Source: Candidatus Moraniibacteriota bacterium (GTDB lineage: Bacteria; Patescibacteriota; Minisyncoccia; Moranbacterales; UBA1568). Taken from it: a stretch of 64,000 bases of DNA. The stretch lies in assembly GCA_052034935.1 (NCBI GenBank), contig JBPOIB010000006.1, positions 537 through 64,536 on the forward strand. The letters run 5' to 3'. The notes beneath the pieces were generated by a model. That model was not told the origin of the DNA. It did not search any database and worked only from the letters and a program-made list of their open reading frames with translations. Within the stretch, counting starts at the first letter, position 1. The number at the start of each line of letters is the position of its first letter. Of this stretch, positions 37,847-48,068 are shown in pieces. Both the position numbers and the translations under genes were made by a program.

Positions 37847-38230
37847 ATGACTTCCCTTCCCGCTGTGCGCCATGTTGCGCTCAAGCCGTGCCGGGGAGAA
37901 GAAAACCCGGCGCTCCACTTCCATTACGAGGAACCGCTCGAAGAACATCATCGCGGGACAATCCTGGTCGCGCTCGGCACTTTCGTGCTCCAGGGAAAGG
38001 GCGCTGCCTTCGAGCCAATTTTCGGAGAAGACCAGGTCCTCTTTCGGCCGACCAGGGCTGGAAAGAGCCACCGCCTAGACCATGGGCCGTATGTCGACCT
38101 TTCCCGACACTTGGGCCACGAACCGCCAAACGGCGAAATCCAGTTCCTCAGCGAAGAAGAATGCCCCCTGGCTGAGACAGCCCCTGAACCAATCCGCCAC
38201 GTTGGCAGAGAAAGAAGCATGGTCCACTGA
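37847..38230 (+). CDS. Hypothetical protein
   Basis: AAGGAG SD and own promoter. Confidence 0.7.
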   Translation: MTSLPAVRHVALKPCRGEENPALHFHYEEPLEEHHRGTILVALGTFVLQGKGAAFEPIFGEDQVLFRPTRAGKSHRLDHGPYVDLSRHLGHEPPNGEIQFLSEEECPLAETAPEPIRHVGRERSMVH

Positions 38231-38427
38231 GGCCGCCCCTCCCTCACACGCACCTCCACACCCTCTTGCAATCGCATTTGCTCGAGGGTGTTCTCATTTT
38301 TCGATACAAAACCACAGACTCAGATAACTTGACAATCTGCAGATATTACTGGATACTGAGTAGGTTACTTAACAAAAGAATGGGCTGTTCTCAAAGGGGC
38401 TCTCAAATCTATTCGAGGGCTCAAACA

Positions 38428-38748
38428 ATGATCGTTATTACTCCGCTTCCGGGCAATACCGGATTTTCAACCGACGCACCATTCCGCTATGGCGCCGAGA
38501 GGTCCTATGATGCCATCAAGGGCATCCAGTACAAGCACCACCCCCCAGCCGTTCGCTTCACCATCGGTGCCACGGCCGACGGCTTCCTGCAACTCACCTG
38601 CCAAGGCTGCACCGACCAGAAGTTGATGCGCCGGGACGCTCTCGCGCTCATGAAAGCGCTTGACCTGCTCCCCAGTAACACCAAGCAACTCCCCACCGCC
38701 ATCCGCGTGGATGGCAAGTTCGTCTCTCGGTCAGCGCAAGCCGACTGA
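38428..38748 (+). CDS. Hypothetical protein
   Basis: GAGGG SD-like sequence; promoter TTGACA-17-GATACT at 38329-38357. Confidence 0.7.
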   Translation: MIVITPLPGNTGFSTDAPFRYGAERSYDAIKGIQYKHHPPAVRFTIGATADGFLQLTCQGCTDQKLMRRDALALMKALDLLPSNTKQLPTAIRVDGKFVSRSAQAD

Positions 38749-38871
38749 ACAAGACTCGCCCCTTTCCCAGCCCTCGCCATGAACATGGCTTCACGAGGCC
38801 CGACCACCATATCGGCCTCTTTTTTTGTCCAAATTTTCCATACGCTATACTAGAGCCACTGATTCTCCCCT

Positions 38872-40965
38872 ATGCCCGAACTCAGCTTCACGACCCGGCT
38901 CGACACCCTTCCAACAATTAAGAAAACCTACTGGTACGGTTTGAAACGTCTCGGTATCGAAACTGTCCGCGATCTCTTTTACCATTTCCCGAGCCGCTAC
39001 GAGGACTACTCAGTCATCACCTCCATCGCCGAGCTCACCCCCGATACGAAAGTAACGGTCGAGGGCCTCGTCACCAAGCTCTCGGCCGGCAAAACTTGGA
39101 AACGAAAGCTTCTTCTGACCGAAGCCACAATCGAGGACGAGACCGGAACGCTTCGCGCTATCTGGTTCAATCAGCGTTTCGTCCAGACCGTTTTGAAGGA
39201 AGGCCAATCTGTCCGGCTCTCCGGAAAAATAGCGAGTGATCGCGGCGGGCTCGTGATGCAGTCCCCGGCGTTCGAGCGGGCCGAACGAGTCGCAACCCAT
39301 ACCGGCCGTGTCGTCCCCGCCTATCCAGAGACCGCTGGTCTGACCTCGAAATTCATCCGTTGGCAGATCGCTACTCTTTTTGAAAAACTGAAAACGATTC
39401 CCGATCCCATCTCAACCGATCTTATCGCTGATCTCCACCTCCCCGACCTCCGGACCGCTCTCGCGTATATTCATTTCCCGACTCAGGAGAAGCAAGTACT
39501 CCTCGCCGAGAAACGCTTCGCCTTCGAAGAAATGTTTTTCCTCCAACTGAAAAGCCTACAGGTCAAAGAGACCGCTGCCACAGGCAAAGCTACTGCTGTT
39601 TTACTCCGCCCTGAAGAAAAGAAAAAATTTCTCGAGTCCCTCAGCTTCACTCTCACGAACGCCCAACAAAAAGCGATCGCTGAAATCCTGAATGATCTCG
39701 AACGGTCACACCCTATGAATCGACTTTTGAACGGTGATGTCGGCAGCGGCAAGACCGTCGTCGCAGCGACCGCCATGCACGCAGTCACAGAAAGCGGATA
39801 TCAAGCGACGCTGCTCGCTCCGACCGAAGTGCTCGCCTTCCAGCATGCTGCCTCTTTTGAAAAACTCTTCGCCCCACTTGGCAAAAATGTCGCCCTCCTG
39901 ACCGGGAGTTCGGCTCTCCTCTCTGGTAAACCCATTAGCAAGAAGGCTCTTCTCCAAGCGATTGCCGCTGGTATCCCTGATATTGTCATCGGCACCCATG
40001 CGCTCCTCGAGGACCGGGTTCACTTCCACTCGCTCGCGCTTGTTGTCGTGGATGAACAACATCGCTTTGGCGTCGCGCAACGGGCGAGACTCCAAGAAAA
40101 AGCTTTTCAAAGCGAGGACGGATCAGATACAACCATTCCCCACTTTCTCACCATGACCGCGACGCCGATTCCGCGGACGCTCGCCCTCACCCTCTTCGGC
40201 AATCTCGACTTATCACTCCTCGACGAAATGCCGCGCAATCGTAAGCCGATCATCACCCGAGTCGCCGCAAGTGATGCTGCCCGAGAGAAGGTCTATGCCT
40301 TCATCGAACAAGAGCTAAAAAAAGGTCGCCAAGCTTTCGTTATCCTCCCCTTGGTTGAAACCAGTAAAGCGATGGAGGAGGTGAAGGCTGCTACGACGGA
40401 ACACCAGCGTCTCGCAGAACAGGTTTTTTCAAGCCGCTTGGTCGGACTCCTTCATGGCCGGATGAAAGCGAAGGAGAAAGAGGAAATCATGCGAGACTTC
40501 AAAGAGCGCAAACTCGATATCCTCGTCTCAACCGCCGTCGTTGAAGTTGGTATCGATATACCGAATGCAACCGTGATGCTCATCGAGGGCGCGGAGCGCT
40601 TCGGCCTCTCCCAGCTCCACCAGTTCAGAGGGCGAGTCGGACGAGGTACCGACCAGAGCTACTGTTTTCTCTTCCCGAGCGACGGCAAGAGTCCGGAAAG
40701 TGCCCGACTCCAGGCATTGGAAAAAACGAATAGTGGCTTTGAGCTCGCCGAAATCGACCTGAAGCTGCGTGGTCCCGGCGCCTTCCTCGGGACACGCCAG
40801 TCCGGCCTCCCGGATATCGCCATGGAACACCTGTCGAATGTAAAGCTCATTCAGATCGCGCGTGAAAAAGCAGCGAGTGTCCTCGCGACTGATCCCACAC
40901 TCACAAAGCATCCCCTTCTCAAAAAAGCTTTGCAGACCTTCGAGGAGCGAATACACTTGGAATAG
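38872..40965 (+). CDS. recG: ATP-dependent DNA helicase RecG
   Basis: RLLNGDVGSGKT, DEQHRFG, MTATPIPRTL and QLHQFRGRVGRG motifs. Confidence 0.96.
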   Translation: MPELSFTTRLDTLPTIKKTYWYGLKRLGIETVRDLFYHFPSRYEDYSVITSIAELTPDTKVTVEGLVTKLSAGKTWKRKLLLTEATIEDETGTLRAIWFNQRFVQTVLKEGQSVRLSGKIASDRGGLVMQSPAFERAERVATHTGRVVPAYPETAGLTSKFIRWQIATLFEKLKTIPDPISTDLIADLHLPDLRTALAYIHFPTQEKQVLLAEKRFAFEEMFFLQLKSLQVKETAATGKATAVLLRPEEKKKFLESLSFTLTNAQQKAIAEILNDLERSHPMNRLLNGDVGSGKTVVAATAMHAVTESGYQATLLAPTEVLAFQHAASFEKLFAPLGKNVALLTGSSALLSGKPISKKALLQAIAAGIPDIVIGTHALLEDRVHFHSLALVVVDEQHRFGVAQRARLQEKAFQSEDGSDTTIPHFLTMTATPIPRTLALTLFGNLDLSLLDEMPRNRKPIITRVAASDAAREKVYAFIEQELKKGRQAFVILPLVETSKAMEEVKAATTEHQRLAEQVFSSRLVGLLHGRMKAKEKEEIMRDFKERKLDILVSTAVVEVGIDIPNATVMLIEGAERFGLSQLHQFRGRVGRGTDQSYCFLFPSDGKSPESARLQALEKTNSGFELAEIDLKLRGPGAFLGTRQSGLPDIAMEHLSNVKLIQIAREKAASVLATDPTLTKHPLLKKALQTFEERIHLE

Positions 40966-40993
40966 TGTTGATTATCCTCTTACCACAGCCCTT

Positions 40994-41326
40994 ATGCACC
41001 AACCCGTTTTTCCATCATCCAAAGACTATTTCGACATGGCTGCCAAATTACATGCCCTCATTATTGCCGAATTTAACAACGCCTCGACGAGTGATCTCCC
41101 TGTTGTTTACCCGCGGCTCGTCATTATGTATGAATTCTTTCGTCTCATTCGCGGCGAGGCTTTCTTGACTGTACGACCCAGTGTCGAGGAAAAACAGCAG
41201 CAGTTGTACGCCATGGAAGATGAAATAGGAACTCGGCTGAAACACGTAAGACAGACGCTTAGTCCGCAAGATGAGTCTCTGCGCTTCCATATCGATGAAG
41301 CGAAACACTTCTTCGATATCAGTTAG
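40994..41326 (+). CDS. Hypothetical protein
   Basis: 110-aa ORF filling the gap after recG. Confidence 0.6.
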   Translation: MHQPVFPSSKDYFDMAAKLHALIIAEFNNASTSDLPVVYPRLVIMYEFFRLIRGEAFLTVRPSVEEKQQQLYAMEDEIGTRLKHVRQTLSPQDESLRFHIDEAKHFFDIS

Positions 41327-41341
41327 GACGCCTTCGAAAAA

Positions 41342-43054
41342 CTATTTGCGCATTTTTTCGGTGACCCAGAACTCACCGAAATAACGCTTGGTAAGAAGAC
41401 GGGTTTGAGAATCGATTGCGGGGATAGCAGAAAGGAAGGCGACCAGTGGCACGAGTATCCACTGGAAGAACATGAGGAAAGTCCGCGCCCAGTGATAGCG
41501 CTTCGGTCGTGGTGGTAGCGTGAGGAGCGACATCGGAATTGAGACGAGCAGCCCAGCCATCCCGAGCGTCATGAGCGTCCGGGTGAAGAACGGCAAGTTA
41601 TGAGCGAGTACGCTTTCCTTGAACATCTCGCCGCCGAGAAAGAGTGGGAGCCAACCGAGAAAGGTCAAAAGAAAAGAAGTTGTCGCCCACGAGTAGTGAC
41701 CTTCAAGCATCTCGAAGAGGATGCGGAGTTTCGTCCGGACTTTGATGCCTGCATCGGGCCAAATCGCGCGCATCGTCACCGGAAAATTCTCGATGCCGTA
41801 TGCCCAACGTCTTTTCTGCTTGTATTGATTCACAATCGTTTTCCAGTATGTCGGGGCGAGCACAGCGTCGAGCGACACCGGCAGGTGCACCGGCTGCACA
41901 CGATAGTCGCCATGGAAGTATGAAAGGCATTTCCAGTAGATGACGGAGTCTTCGCTAATCATATTGACCGGCCAGAAATTCACTTTGACGAGCGTATCGA
42001 ACGGTTCGGAATGCGAAGAGAACGTCACCATCTCGCGTCGCGTCGATTGGTAGAGGTGCCAGAACGACGAACCGGTCACGACAAGCCGGACGAAAGCATT
42101 CGTGTCCCAGAGATTGTTGTGGTACATCGGGAGCGGCTGATACGCGCGCTGAAGCCGCTTCGGATCAGTCGTGTAGTGGTACGTCAATGCCGGGAAGTAG
42201 TCCGGGTGCACGACCGAGTCGCAGTCGAAGTTTGAGAAGATGACGCGTTTGTAGTCGATTCCCTTGCTATCGAGATACTTCATGAGCTCGCGCGCCGCGA
42301 ACGTTGCGTTGGAGGCCTTGCATTTCATCTCGCCTGTCTCGACGATATGCGTCGTCACGAGGAAATCTCGGAAAAGATGGCCGAATTTCTTCTGGAGTGC
42401 TTCGACTTTCGGCAGCCGCGTCGCCGGATCTTCGCGCTCTTCAGTGGCGAGGAGAACGATGATTTGGTCGAGTGGGAAGCGCGACTTGGCCAAGGACTCG
42501 ACGGCCGGTTCAATCACTTCGACCGGTTCCCCAGCCGTCGGCAAGAGCACAACATGAACCACTTCACGCCAGTCCATAATCTGTTTTTCGACTGGCACCA
42601 GCTTCTTTGTCTCGGCCAGAATGCGTTTGGTCCGAGCGATTCTCTGACGCAGACCGCGGCGCTTCCGCCATTCGCCGATACCCCGCGATGCTTTGATTTC
42701 TGTTTTCAGTGCAACAATCCGCGCCGTCAGTTTTTCGATATATTCGGTCGGATGAAGGGACTCCTCATAGCGCTCTTTCCAGTCGATACGTTTGCCTTCA
42801 GCGATGTTCCACTGCGCCTGAAGTGAGAAGATGGAGATGTAGATCGCACGGTAGATCCAATACGTATCGAAGACAATGATGAAGACCGCCGCCGCAACTG
42901 GCGCAAATACGGAAAGGAAGATCATGCCGATGAGCGTCGTCCAAGTCAGCGTTCCCGGTATCATCTCGAGCGCACGCTGAACGAACCGTTCCTTCGGGAC
43001 GGTCGTTTTCGGATCAGGGAAGGCGAATGGCGTCGAATCGGCCCGTACTGTCAT
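41342..43054 (-). CDS. Membrane glycosyltransferase family 2
   Basis: K.SN, FDCD, SED and QQKRRWA-like (QxxRW) motifs; flanking TM helices. Confidence 0.85.
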   Translation of the reverse strand: MTVRADSTPFAFPDPKTTVPKERFVQRALEMIPGTLTWTTLIGMIFLSVFAPVAAAVFIIVFDTYWIYRAIYISIFSLQAQWNIAEGKRIDWKERYEESLHPTEYIEKLTARIVALKTEIKASRGIGEWRKRRGLRQRIARTKRILAETKKLVPVEKQIMDWREVVHVVLLPTAGEPVEVIEPAVESLAKSRFPLDQIIVLLATEEREDPATRLPKVEALQKKFGHLFRDFLVTTHIVETGEMKCKASNATFAARELMKYLDSKGIDYKRVIFSNFDCDSVVHPDYFPALTYHYTTDPKRLQRAYQPLPMYHNNLWDTNAFVRLVVTGSSFWHLYQSTRREMVTFSSHSEPFDTLVKVNFWPVNMISEDSVIYWKCLSYFHGDYRVQPVHLPVSLDAVLAPTYWKTIVNQYKQKRRWAYGIENFPVTMRAIWPDAGIKVRTKLRILFEMLEGHYSWATTSFLLTFLGWLPLFLGGEMFKESVLAHNLPFFTRTLMTLGMAGLLVSIPMSLLTLPPRPKRYHWARTFLMFFQWILVPLVAFLSAIPAIDSQTRLLTKRYFGEFWVTEKMRK

Positions 43055-43130
43055 ATGATTCAGTATACGGCATCTCCTGGAAGGGAGCGTGGTATGATAG
43101 CAGCATTACTGATTTGTGACAACGCTTGCT

Positions 43131-44375
43131 ATGCCATTTCCAAAAGACTTTCTCTGGGGCGCCGCGACTGCTTCGCACCAAGTCGAAGGCAATAACCATA
43201 ACGACTGGAGCGAATGGGAGAAAGCGAATGCCGAACGTCTTGCCAGCGAATCGAAACAATCGTTCTGGTGGAATCCGAATTGGCAGAAATTCGAGCCCGA
43301 AGCGACGGACCCAGCCAACTACCTGTCCGGTACGGCCTGCGATCACTGGAACCGCTACGCCGAAGATTTTGATATCCTGAAAGATCTCGGCCTCGATGCC
43401 TATCGGTTCTCGATTGAATGGTCACGCATCGAACCCGAAGAAGGAAAATTCGACGAGGCCTCTCTCGAACACTATCGAGAAATGATCGCCGCGCTTCGGG
43501 CGAGAAATATCAAGCCCTTCGTGACCCTCTGGCATTGGACGCTCCCCCTCTGGCTCGCGAAAAAAGGAGGTGTTGATGCATCTCATTTTACCGACTGTTT
43601 CGTACGCTACGCAAAAAAAGTAGCCGAAACCATCGGCCAAGACGTACATTTTTGGGTAACGCTCAATGAGCCCGATGTATACACAGGCCATAGCCGTCTG
43701 CGTGGCGCCTGGCCGCCGCAAGAAAAAAGTTATTCTTCAGCCTTCCGTATCTACCGCAAACTTGCCCGGACGCATCGCCTTACTTATCGCGCAATAAAAA
43801 ACATGTACCCATCGGCCCAGATCGGAATCGCGAAGCACAATATTTGGTTCGAAGCAGCCAACGGACGGTGGATCAATCGAGTTCTTAAAGCCTGTATCGA
43901 TCAGCTCTGGAACTACTGGTTTCTGCAGATGATAAGCGCTGAGCAAGACTTCATCGGCCTCAACCACTACAACCATCATCGGATCGACGGCTGGTTCAAT
44001 CGGAACGAGAATAAGGTTCAGACTGATTTCGGCTGGGAATATTATCCCAACTCCCTCTATCACGCACTCGTTGAATTACGAAAATATCAGAAACCAATTT
44101 ATATCACTGAAAACGGAATCGCTGATGCCTCGGACGAACTCCGCCGGAAGTTCATCCCCGCGGCAGTGAGCGCCGTCGAAAAAGCAATCGCCGATGGCAT
44201 CGACGTTCGTGGTTATTTCTACTGGTCGCTGCTCGATAACTTCGAATGGGACAAAGGCTACTGGCTGAAATTCGGCCTCGTCGCTGTCGACCGGTCGACG
44301 CAAAAGCGCACTGTCCGAGAAAGTGCCCGGCAGTATTCAGCACTCGTTGCGAAATACCGATCCGAAGAAAAATAA
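43131..44375 (+). CDS. Glycoside hydrolase family 1 (beta-glucosidase-like)
   Basis: FLWGAATASHQVEG, TLNEP, ITENG and DNFEW motifs. Confidence 0.94.
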   Translation: MPFPKDFLWGAATASHQVEGNNHNDWSEWEKANAERLASESKQSFWWNPNWQKFEPEATDPANYLSGTACDHWNRYAEDFDILKDLGLDAYRFSIEWSRIEPEEGKFDEASLEHYREMIAALRARNIKPFVTLWHWTLPLWLAKKGGVDASHFTDCFVRYAKKVAETIGQDVHFWVTLNEPDVYTGHSRLRGAWPPQEKSYSSAFRIYRKLARTHRLTYRAIKNMYPSAQIGIAKHNIWFEAANGRWINRVLKACIDQLWNYWFLQMISAEQDFIGLNHYNHHRIDGWFNRNENKVQTDFGWEYYPNSLYHALVELRKYQKPIYITENGIADASDELRRKFIPAAVSAVEKAIADGIDVRGYFYWSLLDNFEWDKGYWLKFGLVAVDRSTQKRTVRESARQYSALVAKYRSEEK

Positions 44376-44441
44376 CGCCTAAAAATTCAAAGTCCCTGGC
44401 ACGCAGTACGTGGCAGGGACTTCTTTTGAACGCCGATTGAA

Positions 44442-44699
44442 TCAGCGGCGCTGACTGGTCGGACTTGGGAGACCGAGCACCTGAGCATCGACATCGTCGT
44501 CACCGTAGAGGTAGTCCTCTGACTCCTTCTTGACGACACGCTTGTAGGCGCGCTGCGCTGCGAACATCGCTCGAGCTTGGCGCGACCAGGGTACCCGACG
44601 GAACATCCGCCACGAAGCCCAGGCGAAAACAAGTATGCCGAGTGCAATCCAGAACAAGATGCCCGAGTATTGGAAAAACGTACGGAGATCGTCGGTCAT
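44442..44699 (-). CDS. Small single-TM hypothetical protein
   Basis: Promoter TTGACA-17-TATACT (44784-44756), GAGGG SD-like sequence, one TM helix. Confidence 0.65.
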   Translation of the reverse strand: MTDDLRTFFQYSGILFWIALGILVFAWASWRMFRRVPWSRQARAMFAAQRAYKRVVKKESEDYLYGDDDVDAQVLGLPSPTSQRR

Positions 44700-44994
44700 G
44701 TAACCCTCTCAAGTTGCGGTTTGGTTGTGGGCAAAGGAACAAATACGACTAGAAGAGTATAGCATGAAAAACTACTGTTGTCAATCATCGGCTTTATACT
44801 CACTCCCCTTGATAAATCAGGCTGATATGCTACAGTAGCGATGCCTTCAACGAGGCTTTTTTTGTCGAAAAAGCAGAACTGAATGGCCCCAGCATCCTCT
44901 GCCATGCAGACGGGTCTACCGGTTAGGACTGTCCTAACCGATTGAAAGATAAGCGCCAGAAGTTATTCGCCAGCCTGCAGATTCCAGCAGACAT

Positions 44995-45066
44995 GGCCCC
45001 ATCGTCTATCGGTTAGGACGCCAGGTTTTCATCCTGGTAAGAGGGGTTCGATTCCCCTTGGGGCTA
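44995..45066 (+). tRNA. tRNA-Glu(TTC)
   Basis: Cloverleaf; anticodon loop TTTTCAT. Confidence 0.93.
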
Positions 45067-45190
45067 CGTGAGGTATAAATCCCGCTTTATGCGGGGTTTT
45101 ATTTTATAATTTCAGGGGAAAGCATCCTCTATTTTTTTACTTTTCTGAAGCGTATATACTAAAAATGTTCATCTAACCCAGGAGGTCTTT

Positions 45191-45427
45191 ATGCCGCCAG
45201 TTCCCTGGCAGTATTTACTGCCCTTCTCCGGATCCGATGACGACGACCAGTCGAACAAACCGGCCCCGCCGATCTCCGATTTCGATAACAGCTCCATACT
45301 CGGAATCGCTGATCCCAAAGAACGTGCCGAGCAGATTGCTCGTGCTCTCGCCGCGGGAGTGCCAGGAGCTAACATCAAGACGCTCGCCGCGTCCGTGCTC
45401 GATGGAATTCTCGGTCGCGACCACTGA
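45191..45427 (+). CDS. Small hypothetical protein
   Basis: AGGAGG SD; upstream TATACT; downstream hairpin. Confidence 0.65.
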   Translation: MPPVPWQYLLPFSGSDDDDQSNKPAPPISDFDNSSILGIADPKERAEQIARALAAGVPGANIKTLAASVLDGILGRDH

Positions 45428-45637
45428 TGCAGAGATCCCATCTTCTTCCCCTCTCGCTCTGAATCAGAGCCGGAGGGATTGTTTTTACTTTTTTTGTTTC
45501 ACTGACTTTCATATAAAAGTTCGCTATTTATCGTAAGGGAGAGTATACTAGAAGAACTAGAGAGCTCTTAATATACAACCGTATGGTTCTACCCGTTCTC
45601 CTCGAACCGTGTGTTTGTAATTATTAGTCTCAATCCT

Positions 45638-45994
45638 ATGGATGCAATGTCATCTGGCAGCACGCAGCCCCTCTATCGCGGGACGCAGATCGTCTGGTAT
45701 ATTCTCGGCCTCGTCGAAGTCCTTCTCGCTTTCCGTCTCGTACTGAAGCTTCTCGGCGCCAATGCCGGTGCTGGGTTCACGAACTTCATCTACGCCGTGA
45801 CCGGGCCATTTGCGGCGCCGTTCACTTCCGTTTTCCGCGTCTCCAAAGCTCAAGGCAGCATCTTTGAATGGACCACTATTCTCGCAATGTTCGTCTATTT
45901 CGTCATCGCTTGGGGCATCATCAAGCTCCTCGTAATGAGCATGAGCGTCTCCACACCAGAGGCTGCCGTGAAACTTGATCAAGAAAACAACTAA
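45638..45994 (+). CDS. YggT-like membrane protein
   Basis: LAFRLVLKLLGAN..F.FIY.VT.PF.APF motif. Confidence 0.8.
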   Translation: MDAMSSGSTQPLYRGTQIVWYILGLVEVLLAFRLVLKLLGANAGAGFTNFIYAVTGPFAAPFTSVFRVSKAQGSIFEWTTILAMFVYFVIAWGIIKLLVMSMSVSTPEAAVKLDQENN

Positions 45995-46008
45995 CACTCA
46001 CCACACCT

Positions 46009-46257
46009 ATGAGCCTTTTCGTTTACATCATCTTCGGTGGCATCGTCGGCTGGGTCGCATCGCTCGTCATGAAGACGGACGGTGAGCAAGGGATTCTCCT
46101 TAATGTGATTGTCGGTATCATCGGCGCTTCCCTCGGTAGTTATCTCGTCAGCTTCTTCGGCTACGGCGGCGTAAGCGGCTTCAATCTCTGGAGCTTTCTC
46201 GTAGCCCTCATCGGTGCGGTCGTTCTCATCGCAATTGTCAAATCCATTCGACGCTAA
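46009..46257 (+). CDS. GlsB/YeaQ/YmgE (transglycosylase-associated) membrane protein
   Basis: G.I.GW.AS..M, N.IVGIIGA and VALIGAVVL motifs. Confidence 0.9.
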   Translation: MSLFVYIIFGGIVGWVASLVMKTDGEQGILLNVIVGIIGASLGSYLVSFFGYGGVSGFNLWSFLVALIGAVVLIAIVKSIRR

Positions 46258-46335
46258 GTCGGTCGGCAATTCCACGGTCAAAAACCCTCTCTTCTGGAGG
46301 GTTTTTGATTTTCCTGGTACACTGCCCCCGATAAT

Positions 46336-46914
46336 ATGTTTCTCGACATCAAACTTGGGCTCCTCTGGGGCTTTCTGGTAGGACTCTTTTTCGAACAAAC
46401 ACTGACACCGGGATGGCTACTTGCTGGAGTCATTTTCGCTTTGATCCCTGATATCGACTTCTGGATCGAGTACACAATGCGTGGCACCGTCGGCGGCAAA
46501 ACTATGGGTACCCATCGCGCGCTTCTGCATAATCCGATTACCTACATTCCGGTCGCCCTGTTTATCGGCACCTACTTCGGACCGGCCTGGATGACACTCT
46601 TCGCACTCGGAGTCTTCGGACATTTCATCCATGATCTCTCCGGCATGGGCCTCGGCATCCGGCTTTTCTGGCCATTCTCAGATCGCTGGTACAAGTTTTT
46701 CTCAAGCAAAGACGGCGAGATTCATTTCGACTTCGATCATTTCCTCTGTTCGTGGTCGCCCGAAGAAATGAAAGCGCTTGTCGCAACCCGAGGTAACGAT
46801 AACTGGATCAAAGAGGAGCTTAGCTATCTATATCGGCATCGATTTTCGATTGTCCTCAAACTTGTTGCCGTGTTTGTCGGTATCGCCGTGCTTATCGCTA
46901 TTCTCCCACTCTGA
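46336..46914 (+). CDS. Membrane metal-dependent hydrolase (YdjM-like)
   Basis: PDID, HR.LLH and H.IHD motifs; G..LFWP. Confidence 0.8.
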   Translation: MFLDIKLGLLWGFLVGLFFEQTLTPGWLLAGVIFALIPDIDFWIEYTMRGTVGGKTMGTHRALLHNPITYIPVALFIGTYFGPAWMTLFALGVFGHFIHDLSGMGLGIRLFWPFSDRWYKFFSSKDGEIHFDFDHFLCSWSPEEMKALVATRGNDNWIKEELSYLYRHRFSIVLKLVAVFVGIAVLIAILPL

Positions 46915-46970
46915 AAAGCCTTGTCGTTTCCTGTTCCACCCGGTAGAGTGGGGTTGCTCCGAATTTCCTT

Positions 46971-48038
46971 ATGCTGAGAATCCTTGCTATCGAAACCTCC
47001 TGTGACGAGACGGCCGCCGCTGTCATCGGTCTTGATGGTGCCTCTCCCGCTGTACTCTCAAGCATCGTGTCCTCTCAGGCTGAGCTCCATGCAAAATGGG
47101 GTGGGGTGATACCCAATCTCGCCGCCCGCGAACATGTGAAAAATATCCTCCCGGTGGTGGAAAGTGCCCTTCATGAAGCTGCCGTAACACCGAACGACAT
47201 CGAAGCAGTCATCGTCACGAAAGGACCGGGACTCATTCCGGCGCTTTTGGTCGGAGTCTCGGCCGCCAAGACACTCGCCCTTGCCTGGCAGAAACCGCTC
47301 CTCGGCGTAAATCACCTCGAGGGCCACATCTATGCCAATCTCTTTACGCCTGGTGCTGAACTTCGCTTCCCGCTTCTCGCGCTGATCGTTTCCGGGGGAC
47401 ACACCCAGCTCATCCTCATGCGCGACCACTTCGAGTATGAACTCCTCGGCGAGACTGATGATGATGCGGCGGGCGAAGCCTTTGATAAAGTGGCTAAGAT
47501 GCTCGGCCTCCCCTACCCCGGTGGTCCGGAGATTGGCAAACGCGCTGACGCGTATCGCACCACCAGAGAGCGCGCACCAGCAAAAAGATTTCCCCGCCCC
47601 ATGCTTGACGCTGACAACTATCGTTTCTCTTTTTCCGGACTCAAGACATCAGTCCTCTACTCGCTCAAGAAAGAACCAGCAGAAAAATTGAATGATCCGG
47701 ATTTTGTTGCCGAGACAGCGTATGAATTCCAAGAGGCGGTCGTTGATACCCTCGTTGGGAAAACTGAACGCGCCATTCAAGAATTCCAGCCAAAAACACT
47801 TGTCATCGCCGGTGGTGTCTCAGCTAATATACGCCTCCGCGAGCAAATGGAGGGTATGGTCACCGCTTATTCCGACTGCCAATTCCTCATGCCACCCTTC
47901 CAATTCTCGCTCGATAATGCCGCGATGATCGGTGCAGCCGGGGTCCTCCGCTATGTCCGGATGACCGAAGAAGAACGTGCGGCGGCGAAAGAGAATGCTT
48001 TCTCGCTCGAACCCTCAGCCCATTTCCCACTGGCATAA
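46971..48038 (+). CDS. tsaD: tRNA N6-adenosine threonylcarbamoyltransferase
   Basis: IETSCDET, HLEGH, SGGHT and DDAAGEAFDK motifs. Confidence 0.96.
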   Translation: MLRILAIETSCDETAAAVIGLDGASPAVLSSIVSSQAELHAKWGGVIPNLAAREHVKNILPVVESALHEAAVTPNDIEAVIVTKGPGLIPALLVGVSAAKTLALAWQKPLLGVNHLEGHIYANLFTPGAELRFPLLALIVSGGHTQLILMRDHFEYELLGETDDDAAGEAFDKVAKMLGLPYPGGPEIGKRADAYRTTRERAPAKRFPRPMLDADNYRFSFSGLKTSVLYSLKKEPAEKLNDPDFVAETAYEFQEAVVDTLVGKTERAIQEFQPKTLVIAGGVSANIRLREQMEGMVTAYSDCQFLMPPFQFSLDNAAMIGAAGVLRYVRMTEEERAAAKENAFSLEPSAHFPLA

Positions 48039-48068
48039 TTCACACTCAGCAATACACATAGACCCCAA

